IMG/VR virus record: IMGVR_UViG_3300045988_021641
Reading direction: 5' to 3' (one strand)
Source of the DNA: a virus
DNA: 49,016 bases
Part shown: piece after piece, positions 22,462 through 31,739 of the stretch
Layout of the letters: every line of letters begins with the position of its first letter
Position numbering within the stretch: the stretch's first letter is position 1
The notes under the pieces: model-generated
Database searches by the model: none
Seen by the model: only the letters and a program-made list of their open reading frames with translations
What the model was told of the DNA's origin: nothing
Made by a program: the position numbers and the translations under genes

Positions 22462-22880
22462 CAGACGGGATCGGCGGCGCCGATCTGAGGGGGCTCCTCG
22501 TCGTCGGCACCGTCATCAGGCTGCTCGGCCTTGGTGGCCTCGATGGCAGCGATGACGTCGGCCTTCTTGCGCATAGCAGAGGCGTCCACGCCATAGCGCG
22601 TGGCCACTTCCTTCAGCTCGTCGAGCTTCATGTCCTCGTTGTACTCAGGGGCCTCGTCGGCCGCGGTGTTGGTGCTGGCAGGCTCGTCGGCGTCGTCGCC
22701 GGGAGCGGGTGCGGGCTGCTCGGCAGTCTCGCCCAGCTCGCCGATGTACTTGGCGACGCCTTCCTTCACCAGACGGGCCTCCAGCTCGTCGTCGAACTTC
22801 TGAGGGCCGTCTGCTTCAGTGATGGGGATCACCTTGCGGCCGTTATAGTAGCCGAAGGTGCCCTTGATGATCTGGATCAT
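22461..22880 (-). CDS. Head-associated protein with HeH/Rho-N-like domain (139 aa)
   Basis: MKLDELKEVATRYGVDASAMRKKADVIAAIEA is a HeH (SAP-like) motif. Acidic linkers. Confidence 0.65.
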   Translation of the reverse strand: MIQIIKGTFGYYNGRKVIPITEADGPQKFDDELEARLVKEGVAKYIGELGETAEQPAPAPGDDADEPASTNTAADEAPEYNEDMKLDELKEVATRYGVDASAMRKKADVIAAIEATKAEQPDDGADDEEPPQIGAADPV

Positions 22881-22902
22881 GCTCTGCTCCTTTCTGCTGC
22901 GC

Positions 22903-23973
22903 TCAGTCCGTCAGGACGTCCGCAACGATGAACGGGTTCTTGTTGTTGGGGATCATCAGCGGGCGGCTGGAGATGGTCAGCGTGCGGCTGTTGCCTTCGG
23001 CGCTGCTCACATACTTCGGCACGCGGCGGCCGGCGTAGGTGTGGAACTCGCCGTCGCTCTGCTCGACCTGAGAGACGGCGCCGTAGGCGGTGCGGCCAGC
23101 GCCGGGAGCGGTGAGGACGCACTTGCCGGACGGGATGTAGAGCTTGTCGTTGCCCTCGTCGTCGGTGTAGGTCAGGTCGTAGGAGATGACGCTGATGATG
23201 CGGCCGAGGACGTTCAGGCGGGCCACGATGGCAGCGCCGTCAGGCAGCAGCTCAGGCTCCACGTTGCCGATCTCGATGCGGCGGTTGTCGAGGAGCTTCT
23301 GCACGGCTGCGTCGTTGATGATGGTGTCAGCCACGTCCGGGGAGCAGACCAGATCAGAAGCGCGGAGGCCGCGCTTGGTCAGCATACGGATCATGGCCTC
23401 CAGATCCTTCAGGATCTTGCCGCCGGTGGCGTCCCACTTGGCCGTCGGGGTGTAGGTCGCGGGGTTGCTGGCCTCGGAGTAGAAACGGATCTCCATCTCG
23501 TCGGCCTTGTCGACGTCGTCGGCGATGTGCTTCATCACGCAGCCGTTGGTCAGCATGGTCTCGGCGGCCATTGCTTCTTCGCGGTTGGTGATGAGCTCGC
23601 CCAGCTCGTCAGCGTCGCGCAGGATGAGGGTCTGCTGGCGCTGCTCAGGGGTGAGCTGAGAGTAGAGAGCCTCGCCGAAGCCACGCTTGCGCAGCTCGTC
23701 GAGGGTCAGGACGCGACGGGGAGCCACGAAGGGCGGGGTGTAGCGTTCCATATTGTAGCCGGCGCGCAGGACGGTGACGCCGCCCTTGCGAGGGGCCACG
23801 AAGGGCGCCAGCTTCTTGCTGCCGTCACGGAACTCGACGAGCACGTCGTCGGTGGCGAAGATGTCGCTCGCGTCGTTGGTGGGGAAGTAGCGGTCACGCA
23901 GGAAGGTCGCAGCAGGGGTGAGCTGCTGCACGGCCATGAGCAGCGTGTGGGTGTCGTAGAAGTTAAAAGGCAT
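22903..23973 (-). CDS. Major capsid protein (lambda gpE family)
   Basis: 356 aa. N-terminus FYDTHTLLMAVQQLTPAATFLRDRYFP is typical of capsid protein E. It follows a gpD-like gene. Confidence 0.9.
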   Translation of the reverse strand: MPFNFYDTHTLLMAVQQLTPAATFLRDRYFPTNDASDIFATDDVLVEFRDGSKKLAPFVAPRKGGVTVLRAGYNMERYTPPFVAPRRVLTLDELRKRGFGEALYSQLTPEQRQQTLILRDADELGELITNREEAMAAETMLTNGCVMKHIADDVDKADEMEIRFYSEASNPATYTPTAKWDATGGKILKDLEAMIRMLTKRGLRASDLVCSPDVADTIINDAAVQKLLDNRRIEIGNVEPELLPDGAAIVARLNVLGRIISVISYDLTYTDDEGNDKLYIPSGKCVLTAPGAGRTAYGAVSQVEQSDGEFHTYAGRRVPKYVSSAEGNSRTLTISSRPLMIPNNKNPFIVADVLTD

Positions 23974-23991
23974 TTTGTTGTCCTCCTTCTC

Positions 23992-24399
23992 TTAGTATTC
24001 GATGGCGTCGGAGAGCAGGATGCCGGCCTTGCGCAGCTCCTCCTCGTCGGTCGCCTTCAGGGTGTAGCCGCTTGCGACAGCCAGCTTGTTGCGGGCGAAG
24101 TGGCCGGGGCGGGAGGCCAGCACGGTCACGTCCGCGGTGGTGCCGACTTCCACGTCCTCGGCGAGGATGCAGTTGGCGGTCAGGGTTTCGTTGGTGGTCG
24201 CGGTGGTGCCGAGGATCACCAGCTTGCCGTCGCCGGCAGTGCCAGCAGACAGGGCCAGCACGGTGCCGCGCTTATAGGTGGCTGCGGCGGTGGCCTCCTT
24301 GCGGATGGTCACGGTGAACACGTCAGCGACGGGCTCGTTGGCAACGATCAGGCCGTCATAGCCGACGCTGCCGAGGTTTTCGTCCAGTCTCTTGCTCAT
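23992..24399 (-). CDS. Head decoration protein (gpD-like)
   Basis: 135 aa, Gly/Thr/Ala-rich beta protein between the protease and the capsid gene. Confidence 0.8.
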   Translation of the reverse strand: MSKRLDENLGSVGYDGLIVANEPVADVFTVTIRKEATAAATYKRGTVLALSAGTAGDGKLVILGTTATTNETLTANCILAEDVEVGTTADVTVLASRPGHFARNKLAVASGYTLKATDEEELRKAGILLSDAIEY

Positions 24400-25619
24400 T
24401 ACTTCTTACCTCCGTTCTGAGACTTGGTGGAGTTGTAGAGGCCGACGATGGCGTCCACCTTTGCCTTGTCGTCGTTTTCGCTGCCTTCCTCGCCGCCGTT
24501 AGGGGCAGCGCCGACGCCGGCAGCGCCGGACTCGTCGTTGTCAGCCTTGGCGTCCTTCAGGTGCTTGGCACCGAGGGCCGCCTGCTTCTGCATAGCCTTG
24601 AGCGCGAGCTGCTCAGCGGTGCAGGGGGTCTCGCCGTACTTGGCGTCCCTGACGAGCTGCGCGTCGCCCACACTTGCGGCGATGCTGTCGATGGCCTCGA
24701 TGCGGGCGCGTTCCTGCGTTCTGGCAGTTTCGGCCGCCTGCTGCTCGATCTGAGCCACGACGTCGGGGTGCTGTGCTCTCATTTCTTCGAGGGTCATGGT
24801 CTTGTTGTCCTCCTTCTTGGGGCCGTCGTTCTTGGCGGCCGCGTGTTTATTTCCAGCCGCAGGGGCGGCGTGGATGCTGTTGTCGATGGGGATCGTCCCC
24901 GGGATGTGTCTGAAGCCCTTGACGTCGTGCCGGATGCCGGCGACGAGGAGCACCTTCTTGTCGGCGCTCAGGGCGACGTCGGGGCCTTCGTCTGTGAGCA
25001 GGGTGTCGGCAAAGCCGTTGTCAATGGCCTCCTGCCCGACCATCCACGTCTCGCGGGTCATCATGCTGCGGAGCTGGTCGACCTCGAGGCCGGTCTTGGC
25101 GTGGTAGATCTCCGCGATGGCCCGCTCGCTCGCGTCGAAGTCCTTCTGGAGCTTCTTCAGGTCTGCGAGGGTGTAGTAGTCGTAGAGCAGCCCGGCGACG
25201 CCGTGGATCATCACCATGCTGCCGGGATAGACCTGTACCTCGTCGCCCGCGCAGGCGATGACGCTGGCCGCGCTGGCCGCGATGCCTTCCACGACGACGA
25301 CCTTGTGGCCGGTCAGGCCCTTGATGGCGTTGTGGATGGCGATGCCGGTGTAGAGGTCGCCGCCGCAGCTATTGATCTTGATGGTGATGTTGCTCTTGCC
25401 CTTGACGGCCGCGAGATCCTCCATGAAGCTCTCGGGCGCGATGTAGAGGCCGGGCTCGGGCTCGCCCGTCCACCAGTCCACAGGCTGGCGGCTCACGACG
25501 TCGCCGTAGAGGGTGATCTCGCCCTCGTCGTCGCCGATGCTGGCGACGTTCCAGAACTTGATCGGCGTGCCCGCAGTCTGAGGCCCGGCGCAGAGCCGGG
25601 GAGTGTTATGCGTTCTCAT
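24399..25619 (-). CDS. ClpP/S49-type head maturation protease fused to a scaffold domain (406 aa)
   Basis: INSCGGDLYTGIAIHNAI...VVVEGIAASAASVIACAGD...MVMIHGV motifs. Internal ATG at 25619 with a GGAAGGAG RBS. Helical, charged C-terminus. Confidence 0.85.
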   Translation of the reverse strand: MRTHNTPRLCAGPQTAGTPIKFWNVASIGDDEGEITLYGDVVSRQPVDWWTGEPEPGLYIAPESFMEDLAAVKGKSNITIKINSCGGDLYTGIAIHNAIKGLTGHKVVVVEGIAASAASVIACAGDEVQVYPGSMVMIHGVAGLLYDYYTLADLKKLQKDFDASERAIAEIYHAKTGLEVDQLRSMMTRETWMVGQEAIDNGFADTLLTDEGPDVALSADKKVLLVAGIRHDVKGFRHIPGTIPIDNSIHAAPAAGNKHAAAKNDGPKKEDNKTMTLEEMRAQHPDVVAQIEQQAAETARTQERARIEAIDSIAASVGDAQLVRDAKYGETPCTAEQLALKAMQKQAALGAKHLKDAKADNDESGAAGVGAAPNGGEEGSENDDKAKVDAIVGLYNSTKSQNGGKK

Positions 25620-27258
25620 GCTTGTCTCCTTCCTTGATGCTTTTGATGGCCTCGGCGACGATCGCCTCCCGCAGAGCTGCGGAGATCGTGCCGCTGGCCG
25701 CTGTGCTCTGGTCGACCTGCCCCTGCGCTGCGCGCAGCTTCTCGTTTTCCCGAGTGAGCTGGTCGACGTTGGCGTCCCACTGACCGCCGTTGAGTCGGAT
25801 GGTCGCCTGTTCTCTGGTCGTGATGCCTTCGCCGATGGCGAGGATCTCGGCCGTGATCTCCTTCGTCGGGTCGAGCTGTCCCTGAGAGGGGCCGATCCAC
25901 TCGGCGCCGAGGTATGCGGCGCGGATTGCCGGATCTGCGAAGAAGCCCGGGGCGCTGATGCGGCCGCGGGCGACGGCTTCAGAGAGCCAGATCTCATATA
26001 CCGGCGTGCAGAAGTCATCGACAAACCACTTGCGCCTCATGCGGAACGCCTTCCACGCCTCCATCAGGGCGGCGCGGCTGGCGCTGTACGAGCTGTTGAA
26101 GCTCTTGAGCAGAAGGTCGGCCGGGATCTCGAGCGCGGCGCCCACCTGTTCACAGATGGCGCGCAGGAAGGTGTTGAAGCCACTGGCCGGCCGCTTGGGG
26201 TCTGCAAAGGTCACGTCCTCGCCGGGCTCCATGATGTTGATCTGGCCGGGGCCCATCTCGTACTCGTTAGGATCTCGGCTCACCTCCGGCAGGCTGCTCC
26301 CGACCTCGTTGAACGGGTTGTCGCCGGCGCCTGCCTCAGTCTTGATGAAGGCCGTGAAAAACGACTCGACGACCGCCGCAGTCAGCTCGCTCTCGGTGTA
26401 GCGGCGAAGCTGGAGCAGGGGCTCGATGACCTGCGCGAGATAGCTGACGCCGCGGTATTGATCCGGGCGCTCGCTCTCCATGACGTGCAGGATGTTCGGC
26501 AGGCCAGTCCGCTCGCCGTATGCCTGAACACGGGCCCACGTTGTCGTCGTGCTGCCGAGCTCGAAGGGGTAGGTGCTGCGGATGTGGTACGCCTCGATCT
26601 GGCCGTCGCCGTTCACCTCGACGCCGTCGTAGATGGTGTTGCCGTTGGCCGCCTTGCCGGTGGTCAGCAGCATCGGGGTGATGATGCCGGAGGTCGTTGG
26701 CGTGGCGACTCGGTCGGCCTCGATCAGGTGCAGGCGTAGCGAGTAGGGCGTGAGCGGCGTCGGCTCGTACTGCTTCACGACGGCGAACACGTCGCCGCTG
26801 ACCAGCCACGAGGAGAGTGCGAGCTGCTGCATGGCTGCGAAGTTGTTGACGCCGGTGGCGTCGCACGCCCTTTTGTTCTCAGACCAGAGAGCGAACTCAC
26901 GCTCGGCCTGAGCCTGCCATGCGTCGGCGGCCTCCTGTGTCATGCCGAGCGCCTCGCGGTCGATCCGACTCTTGAGCTGGAGGCCGATGCCGACGACGTT
27001 GGTGCGGTTGGTGCGGATGGCAGAGGTGGCGATCGGGGCCGCCATGTAAAGCATCCGGGCACGCTGCCGCAGGGTGTAGTTGTTGGCGTCGATGTCCTCC
27101 TTCGGGCTGCCGCTCATAGCTCTGAAGCCCTTGGTCGCCTTCTTGTGCCAGCTCGCGCCGGCGTCGCCGTAGCCCTTATTCACAGGGCGCGGCTGCTGCC
27201 GCCTGTTCTGTGGGCGGCTTCTGCTTTTTCTTTTGCTGATGGTGCTCACCTCCTTCAT
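25606..27258 (-). CDS. Portal protein (lambda gpB family)
   Basis: 550 aa, downstream of TerL and gpW. Lambda-type portal sequence character. The exact start is uncertain because the ATG has no clear SD. Confidence 0.87.
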   Translation of the reverse strand: MKEVSTISKRKSRSRPQNRRQQPRPVNKGYGDAGASWHKKATKGFRAMSGSPKEDIDANNYTLRQRARMLYMAAPIATSAIRTNRTNVVGIGLQLKSRIDREALGMTQEAADAWQAQAEREFALWSENKRACDATGVNNFAAMQQLALSSWLVSGDVFAVVKQYEPTPLTPYSLRLHLIEADRVATPTTSGIITPMLLTTGKAANGNTIYDGVEVNGDGQIEAYHIRSTYPFELGSTTTTWARVQAYGERTGLPNILHVMESERPDQYRGVSYLAQVIEPLLQLRRYTESELTAAVVESFFTAFIKTEAGAGDNPFNEVGSSLPEVSRDPNEYEMGPGQINIMEPGEDVTFADPKRPASGFNTFLRAICEQVGAALEIPADLLLKSFNSSYSASRAALMEAWKAFRMRRKWFVDDFCTPVYEIWLSEAVARGRISAPGFFADPAIRAAYLGAEWIGPSQGQLDPTKEITAEILAIGEGITTREQATIRLNGGQWDANVDQLTRENEKLRAAQGQVDQSTAASGTISAALREAIVAEAIKSIKEGDKHENA

Positions 27259-27313
27259 GGTGAAGATGGCCGAGTCGGGAGAAAAGGAGCGAAAACTCCC
27301 GGCGTCGGCCTAT

Positions 27314-27337
27314 GAAAAAAGCCCCTTTCGGGGCTTC
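27314..27337 (-). terminator. Small hairpin with a T-run after the gpW gene
   Basis: AGCCCC-TTTC-GGGGCT followed by T6 on the minus strand. Confidence 0.4.
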
Positions 27338-27339
27338 TT

Positions 27340-27606
27340 TCACCAGTCTCGGGGCACTACTCCCACAGCTTTTCGCGGCTTCTCGCCGTTCAGTGCGGCC
27401 TCGAGGGCTTCGATGTCTGCCTCGAGCTGTTTGATGGCGGCCCGGATGGATCCGAGGTCGGTGTTGTAGCGGGCCAGATTGCGCGAGCCGATGCCGTAGC
27501 TCTGGACGCCTCCGTCCAGCATCTCGGCCTCTCGCTTCAGGTAGAGCTCCAGCCGGTTCCTCTTGATGGAGAGCTGGTACTCGATTTGTTCGCGGGTCTT
27601 TCTCAT
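27340..27606 (-). CDS. Head-tail joining protein gpW-like (88 aa)
   Basis: Size, and position between TerL and the portal as in lambda. Helical sequence. Confidence 0.72.
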   Translation of the reverse strand: MRKTREQIEYQLSIKRNRLELYLKREAEMLDGGVQSYGIGSRNLARYNTDLGSIRAAIKQLEADIEALEAALNGEKPRKAVGVVPRDW

Positions 27607-27621
27607 TGTGGTCTGTCCTCC

Positions 27622-29544
27622 TTACCAGTCGTCGAAGGCGTCGGCCCGGTTGTGCCGTTGCCGCTGCCGTCGCTGCTGCGGGGCCCTCGGTTTTTCCTCC
27701 AGCCCTTGCAGGCGGCGCTCGATAGCGTCCATGTCGGGGTTGATGATCTTGAGGCCGGCGTTGGCGTAGTCGCGGCAGTCGAGGGCCTCGTTGCGGTTGT
27801 GCCCGGGCAGCTTCTCCCACGCCCAGCGGTCGCCGCGGCGCGTGTGCGTGAGCACCAGCTTCTCGGAGAGGAGCCCGTTGAAGAAATTGAGGTCATAACC
27901 GGCGTCGGGGTGCCGGTTGAAATGGCAGTATTTTGGCCCGGGCTCCTGCACCTTCAGATTAGCCATGATCGTCGCCTTGCCGGCGTCGACGCCGATGGTG
28001 TAGAGCCAGCAGGTGATCCGCTTGTTGTCGCGGATCGGCACCTTGCTCGGGGGCGAGACGAAGGGGATGCCGTCGCCGCCCTTGCCCTTGATTGCAAAGA
28101 CGCGCTTGCCGACGCGGGCCCGGCACGCCTCATAGACCTCTTGGGTGAAGTGGCCGCCGGAGTCGACGCAGGTGATGGAGATCTTCAGGCCGCGGCCGTT
28201 TTTGAACTTGTAGACGTGGTCGACCACGTCATCGAGCCGCTGCCAGACCTCCGGGGTGTCTGGTCGGCCCATGATGTAGCCCTTGACGACGCCCCACGTC
28301 TCGCCATATTTCCCGTGACCGACTACCTCGTATTCGAGGCGGTTGTCCTGAGTGTCGACGCCGCAGGTCAGCACGAGCACGCCGTCAGGCAGCTCCACAG
28401 GGGTGCCGTCCGGGCGGGTGCCATAGTCCTCACGGCGGGCGAGCATGGTGTCCTCGTCCTCGAGGTCGCCGCGATCTTCCCACAGTTGGCCGAGCAGGGT
28501 GTTGTAGACGACCTTGAGGCGCTGCGGGTCATCCTTGGCGTCGAGGAACTTGAGGACGATCTTCTCCCACGGAGTCCACGGGCTCGAGAAGGCATTGAGC
28601 CAAAAAGAACGGACGCCCTTCTTGTAGGCGTCCGGGTTGTCGGCGATCCACTTGGCCGGCTGCTTTCGCATGACGTCCTCGGGGATCAGGCAGCCGCAGG
28701 CCGGGCAGCTCCACGAGACGCCGCTCTTGAGGCTCCACGACTTTTTCCCGCGGATCCTCTTGGCCTCCGGGTCGAAGTGGATATTGTCGAACACGATCTC
28801 GCTGTACTCCCCACACTCGGGGCAGCGGTGGCACCAGCGTTCCTGCGTGCCTTGGTAAAAACTCGTTTCGATGTTGCTGTTGCCCTTGATGGTCGGGGTG
28901 GAGACCTCGACCGCCTTGGCGTTGTAGAATGTGGCCTGACGTGCTTCGGCCAGCGCCCACGGGTCGCCCTCGGTGCCGGCGCTGGTCGCCCAGCGGTCGC
29001 GCTCGTCGCCGATGATATAGCGGGCAGGCGTGGAGGCCAGAGCCGAGGCACTGTTGGAGCCGGTCAGGGTGAGCATCCCGCCCGGGAACGACTTCTGGAG
29101 GATCGTGTTGCCGCTGTCCTTGGCCTTGACGTCGTGCACCTTCGCCTTCAGGGGTTTGCTGTCGCGGATCATAGGGGCCACGCGGAGGCGGCTGAACTTC
29201 CGGGCGTCGTCGATGGTCGGGTGGACGTAGAGGATGCTGCCGGGGTCTTGGTCGATGATGTAGCCGATGATGTTGAGCTCGAGCTCAGACTTGCCGACCT
29301 GAGAAGCGGCCACCATGACTATTTTGTGCACCTTCGGATCCGTAAAGGCCCGCATGGGCTCCTCGAGGTACGGGGTGCGCTTGGTACGCCACGGGCCGGC
29401 CTCGGCTGAGCTTTCCGGGGAGAGGCGGCGGTGCTTGTCGGCCCACTCGTCCACGGTCAGGCTCTCAGGTGGGGCGAAGCGTTTGACCGCTCCGGCGATG
29501 GCGGTATTGAGCTTCGCGGCGGCTTTTTTAGTCGTCCGCGTCAT
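27622..29544 (-). CDS. Terminase large subunit (GpA family)
   Basis: 640 aa. Walker-A-like VAASQVGKSE and C-terminal nuclease region. Lambda gpA-like. Confidence 0.92.
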   Translation of the reverse strand: MTRTTKKAAAKLNTAIAGAVKRFAPPESLTVDEWADKHRRLSPESSAEAGPWRTKRTPYLEEPMRAFTDPKVHKIVMVAASQVGKSELELNIIGYIIDQDPGSILYVHPTIDDARKFSRLRVAPMIRDSKPLKAKVHDVKAKDSGNTILQKSFPGGMLTLTGSNSASALASTPARYIIGDERDRWATSAGTEGDPWALAEARQATFYNAKAVEVSTPTIKGNSNIETSFYQGTQERWCHRCPECGEYSEIVFDNIHFDPEAKRIRGKKSWSLKSGVSWSCPACGCLIPEDVMRKQPAKWIADNPDAYKKGVRSFWLNAFSSPWTPWEKIVLKFLDAKDDPQRLKVVYNTLLGQLWEDRGDLEDEDTMLARREDYGTRPDGTPVELPDGVLVLTCGVDTQDNRLEYEVVGHGKYGETWGVVKGYIMGRPDTPEVWQRLDDVVDHVYKFKNGRGLKISITCVDSGGHFTQEVYEACRARVGKRVFAIKGKGGDGIPFVSPPSKVPIRDNKRITCWLYTIGVDAGKATIMANLKVQEPGPKYCHFNRHPDAGYDLNFFNGLLSEKLVLTHTRRGDRWAWEKLPGHNRNEALDCRDYANAGLKIINPDMDAIERRLQGLEEKPRAPQQRRQRQRHNRADAFDDW

Positions 29545-30103
29545 CGGCGAGTTGCTCGCTCCAGCCTTCCCGATCCCTTACTCGCCGGGCGTACACCTCG
29601 GGATCGTATTTATAACCGGCCAGCTCCGTCAGGATCTTGTAGACCTCTGTGCGGATGATCTCAGACGCCTCGGCGGGTGTTGCTGCGCCGGTGACGTCGA
29701 CGGCCAGACGGCCCGGCAGGGCCACGAGCATCGACCTGATATTGTAGACGAGGTCGGTCATCACAGCCTCGACATCCTCGCTGCGGTGCATGGTGCCCTC
29801 GAGCTCACTGAGCTGGAGGGCGGCGATGTCTGCCTTGCTGCGCTTGAGGTCAGCCTCAGCCTCCAGACGCCGGCCCTCGATCTCGCTGTCCTTCTTCGAC
29901 GGCTCCCGGCCGTTGGCCTTGGCCGTCAGGTATCGGATGTACCTCTGGATCGTCGGCAGCAGGTCATAGCGGTTGGCGTTGCCTTCCTTGACCGCGGCGA
30001 TGACGCCATCCTTGGTGAGCTGCTGCACTCGGCGGGGCGTCATGTCGAACAGGGCCGCGATGGTCTTGCTGTCGACGAGCTTGTTGTTGGTTGGGTTCGG
30101 CAT
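29528..30103 (-). CDS. Terminase small subunit (Nu1-like HTH, 191 aa)
   Basis: Internal ATG with an AAAGGAGGG RBS. N-terminal HTH SKTIAALFDMTPRRVQQLTKDGVI. It overlaps the TerL start. Confidence 0.75.
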   Translation of the reverse strand: MPNPTNNKLVDSKTIAALFDMTPRRVQQLTKDGVIAAVKEGNANRYDLLPTIQRYIRYLTAKANGREPSKKDSEIEGRRLEAEADLKRSKADIAALQLSELEGTMHRSEDVEAVMTDLVYNIRSMLVALPGRLAVDVTGAATPAEASEIIRTEVYKILTELAGYKYDPEVYARRVRDREGWSEQLADDADD

Positions 30104-30119
30104 GGCGTTCCCTCCTTTC

Positions 30120-30355
30120 TGCCGCTCGGGCGAAACGAAACGGCCCGAAAAAAATTTTTCCCGGCTGCGCGTTTTTTGGGCTCGCCAGCACCGCAGGCCA
30201 GAGGGGCCCGTCACAGTACCTTGCGGCGCTGTGCGTGGCCGTGGAGGCGTCTGCGCGGCGCTGTGGCGCGCTCTGTGCGCGTCTGGCGGTGTGGGCCGGG
30301 CTCGGTGTCTGGTGCGGCTGTGGACGCGCTGTGCGGCGTTCTGGTGGGCTCTGGC
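30120..30355. promoter_or_regulatory. Candidate cos / terminase-recognition region
   Basis: 235-nt non-coding gap directly upstream of the Nu1-like gene. Contains A7T5 (GAAAAAAATTTTTC) and then about 130 nt of degenerate GCGCTGTG(C/G)G and TCTGG(C/T)G repeats with strong G/T skew on the plus strand. Confidence 0.35.
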
Positions 30356-31009
30356 TTAGAGGCCGAGGGCTCGCTTCATGTGGTGCTCGAGGCGCTTGCT
30401 GGTCTCGGTGTTGAGCCGGAGCATGATGGTCTCGTTGGTGCGGTCGCTGGTTATCATCTGCGGCACCGAGATGGTGGTCAGCTTCTTGATGTCGGTGCGG
30501 GTCTTGCTCATTCGCTGGAATGGGATCCAGCTCGTGCCGTCGCTCTTGGTGTTGCCTGTCCCCATGAGAATATTGTGCGATCGCTGCGAGAACGGGCCGC
30601 CCGGGGTTCTTGTGTTCAAATAGCGGCCAACTACCTTCTTCTGCCCCTTGAGCACCTGCGCCTTCAGCGTGTAGCTCTTGCCACGGGGCGGGGCCTTCGG
30701 TGTCATGCCGAAGTGCACGGGAGTCAGGAGCCTTCCCTTGTAGGTGATGGCGAGCTCCTCGATGGTCTCGCCGGTGATCTGGATGCTGCCTGCCATCTTC
30801 TTCGGCTTTCCGCTGCCCGAGGGCGTGATCTCCGACTTCTTGATGTTGTAGACGGCCGTGACCTCCTGAGCGATCCAGCCCGGGGCTCTGGCCTTGACGT
30901 CCTTGATGGTGTTGCTGATGGCCTTCTTGCCGCCGTTCTCGATTGCCTCGAGGTCAGCGACGAGCTGGTGCAGGTTGCTGAGCTGCGCCGAGATGCTGTT
31001 CTGCGGCAT
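30356..31009 (-). CDS. Virion morphogenesis protein, possibly minor tail protein Z-like (217 aa)
   Basis: First ORF after the late promoter and leader. The overall pattern resembles gpZ, but the function is low-confidence. Confidence 0.55.
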   Translation of the reverse strand: MPQNSISAQLSNLHQLVADLEAIENGGKKAISNTIKDVKARAPGWIAQEVTAVYNIKKSEITPSGSGKPKKMAGSIQITGETIEELAITYKGRLLTPVHFGMTPKAPPRGKSYTLKAQVLKGQKKVVGRYLNTRTPGGPFSQRSHNILMGTGNTKSDGTSWIPFQRMSKTRTDIKKLTTISVPQMITSDRTNETIMLRLNTETSKRLEHHMKRALGL

Positions 31010-31032
31010 GGCCGTCGCCTCCTTCCTATACG

Positions 31033-31072
31033 CAAAAAGAGACCGGCGGGCGTTGGTTCGCCCGTCGGCCTC
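31033..31072 (-). terminator. Intrinsic terminator within the late-operon leader
   Basis: 14-bp GC-rich stem (two mismatches) with a 6-nt loop, followed by TTTTT on the minus strand. It lies between the promoter at about 31164..31193 and the first late gene ATG at 31009. Confidence 0.6.
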
Positions 31073-31163
31073 TTGCCGTCGGTTGTTATTTGGTTTTCCT
31101 CTGGTCAGCCGCTCGGAATTGTCACGGCGTTGCCCGTGTGTCCGGCGGTCTTTTGCAGGATAT

Positions 31164-31193
31164 AGAATAGCACGGGTCGCTACTGCTTTTCAA
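31164..31193 (-). promoter_or_regulatory. Candidate late promoter TTGAAA-18-(TGc)TATTCT
   Basis: On the minus strand the -35 TTGAAA is at 31193..31188 and the extended -10 TGCTATTCT ends at 31164. Located in an AT-rich island just downstream of the sigma-like regulator gene. Confidence 0.5.
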
Positions 31194-31231
31194 TTCCTTT
31201 TACTTCCCTTTTGTTCCTTTTACTGCGTTTT
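31187..31231 (-). repeat. Five phased A4-tracts / (C)AGTAAAA(G) repeats with a 9-11-bp period
   Basis: T4 runs on the plus strand start at 31187, 31198, 31209, 31218 and 31228. On the minus strand these read GTAAAAC, GTAAAAG, CAAAAGG, GTAAAAG, TTGAAAAG, upstream of and overlapping the -35. Confidence 0.55.
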
Positions 31232-31727
31232 ACTGCCGCAGCTCAGGCAGGGGCTCCAGCTCGTCCAGCACGGCGGCGAGGTTGAGCAGGGCGCGGCCGT
31301 GGATCTTGTATGTCCTGTTCTGGTAGGCGTCCACTCTGTCGACGTAGTCCCGCCGATCACCGAACAGGACGCCGCAGGTGCTCTCCCAGTCAGCCCGGTC
31401 GAAGTAGCGCAGCCGGATGACGGCGCGCTCGTCGGGGTCGGAGAGCTGGAGGATCAGGCCCTCGATGGCGTTGCGCTCCCGCTTCTCCTCAGCCTTGAGC
31501 CGGTCGATCTGTTCCTCGAGCTCCATTTTCCGCTCCACCATCATGCCGGTGCGGTCGGATGGTGTGCCGGATCCGCGTGGCATACCTGTCAGATCAGGGC
31601 CGGGCGGCGAGGCCATCGTCATCTCCATGCGGTCGAGGCGTTCGAGCTGGTTGTCGATGTCCCTCAGCATGGCGGTGTAGGCCGCGAGCCTGTCCTTGAT
31701 CCGTTGTGTGATCGGCTTCTCGCTCAT
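31230..31727 (-). CDS. Sigma-70 region-4-like late transcription regulator (DUF1492/ArpU-RinA-like, 165 aa)
   Basis: C-terminal ERAVIRLRYFDRADWESTCGVLFGDRRDYVDRVDAYQNRTYKIHGRALLNLA resembles sigma region 4. Positioned before the late genes. Confidence 0.68.
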   Translation of the reverse strand: MSEKPITQRIKDRLAAYTAMLRDIDNQLERLDRMEMTMASPPGPDLTGMPRGSGTPSDRTGMMVERKMELEEQIDRLKAEEKRERNAIEGLILQLSDPDERAVIRLRYFDRADWESTCGVLFGDRRDYVDRVDAYQNRTYKIHGRALLNLAAVLDELEPLPELRQ

Positions 31728-31739
31728 TATGTCAGGGCG

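Noticed and set aside
30091-30414. Plus-strand ORFs 29973..30359 and 30091..30414 across the putative cos gap.
   Set aside because: They translate to Cys/Arg/Ala/Gly repeats, which simply reflects the GT-skewed DNA repeats. There is no RBS, and the position fits a non-coding packaging site.
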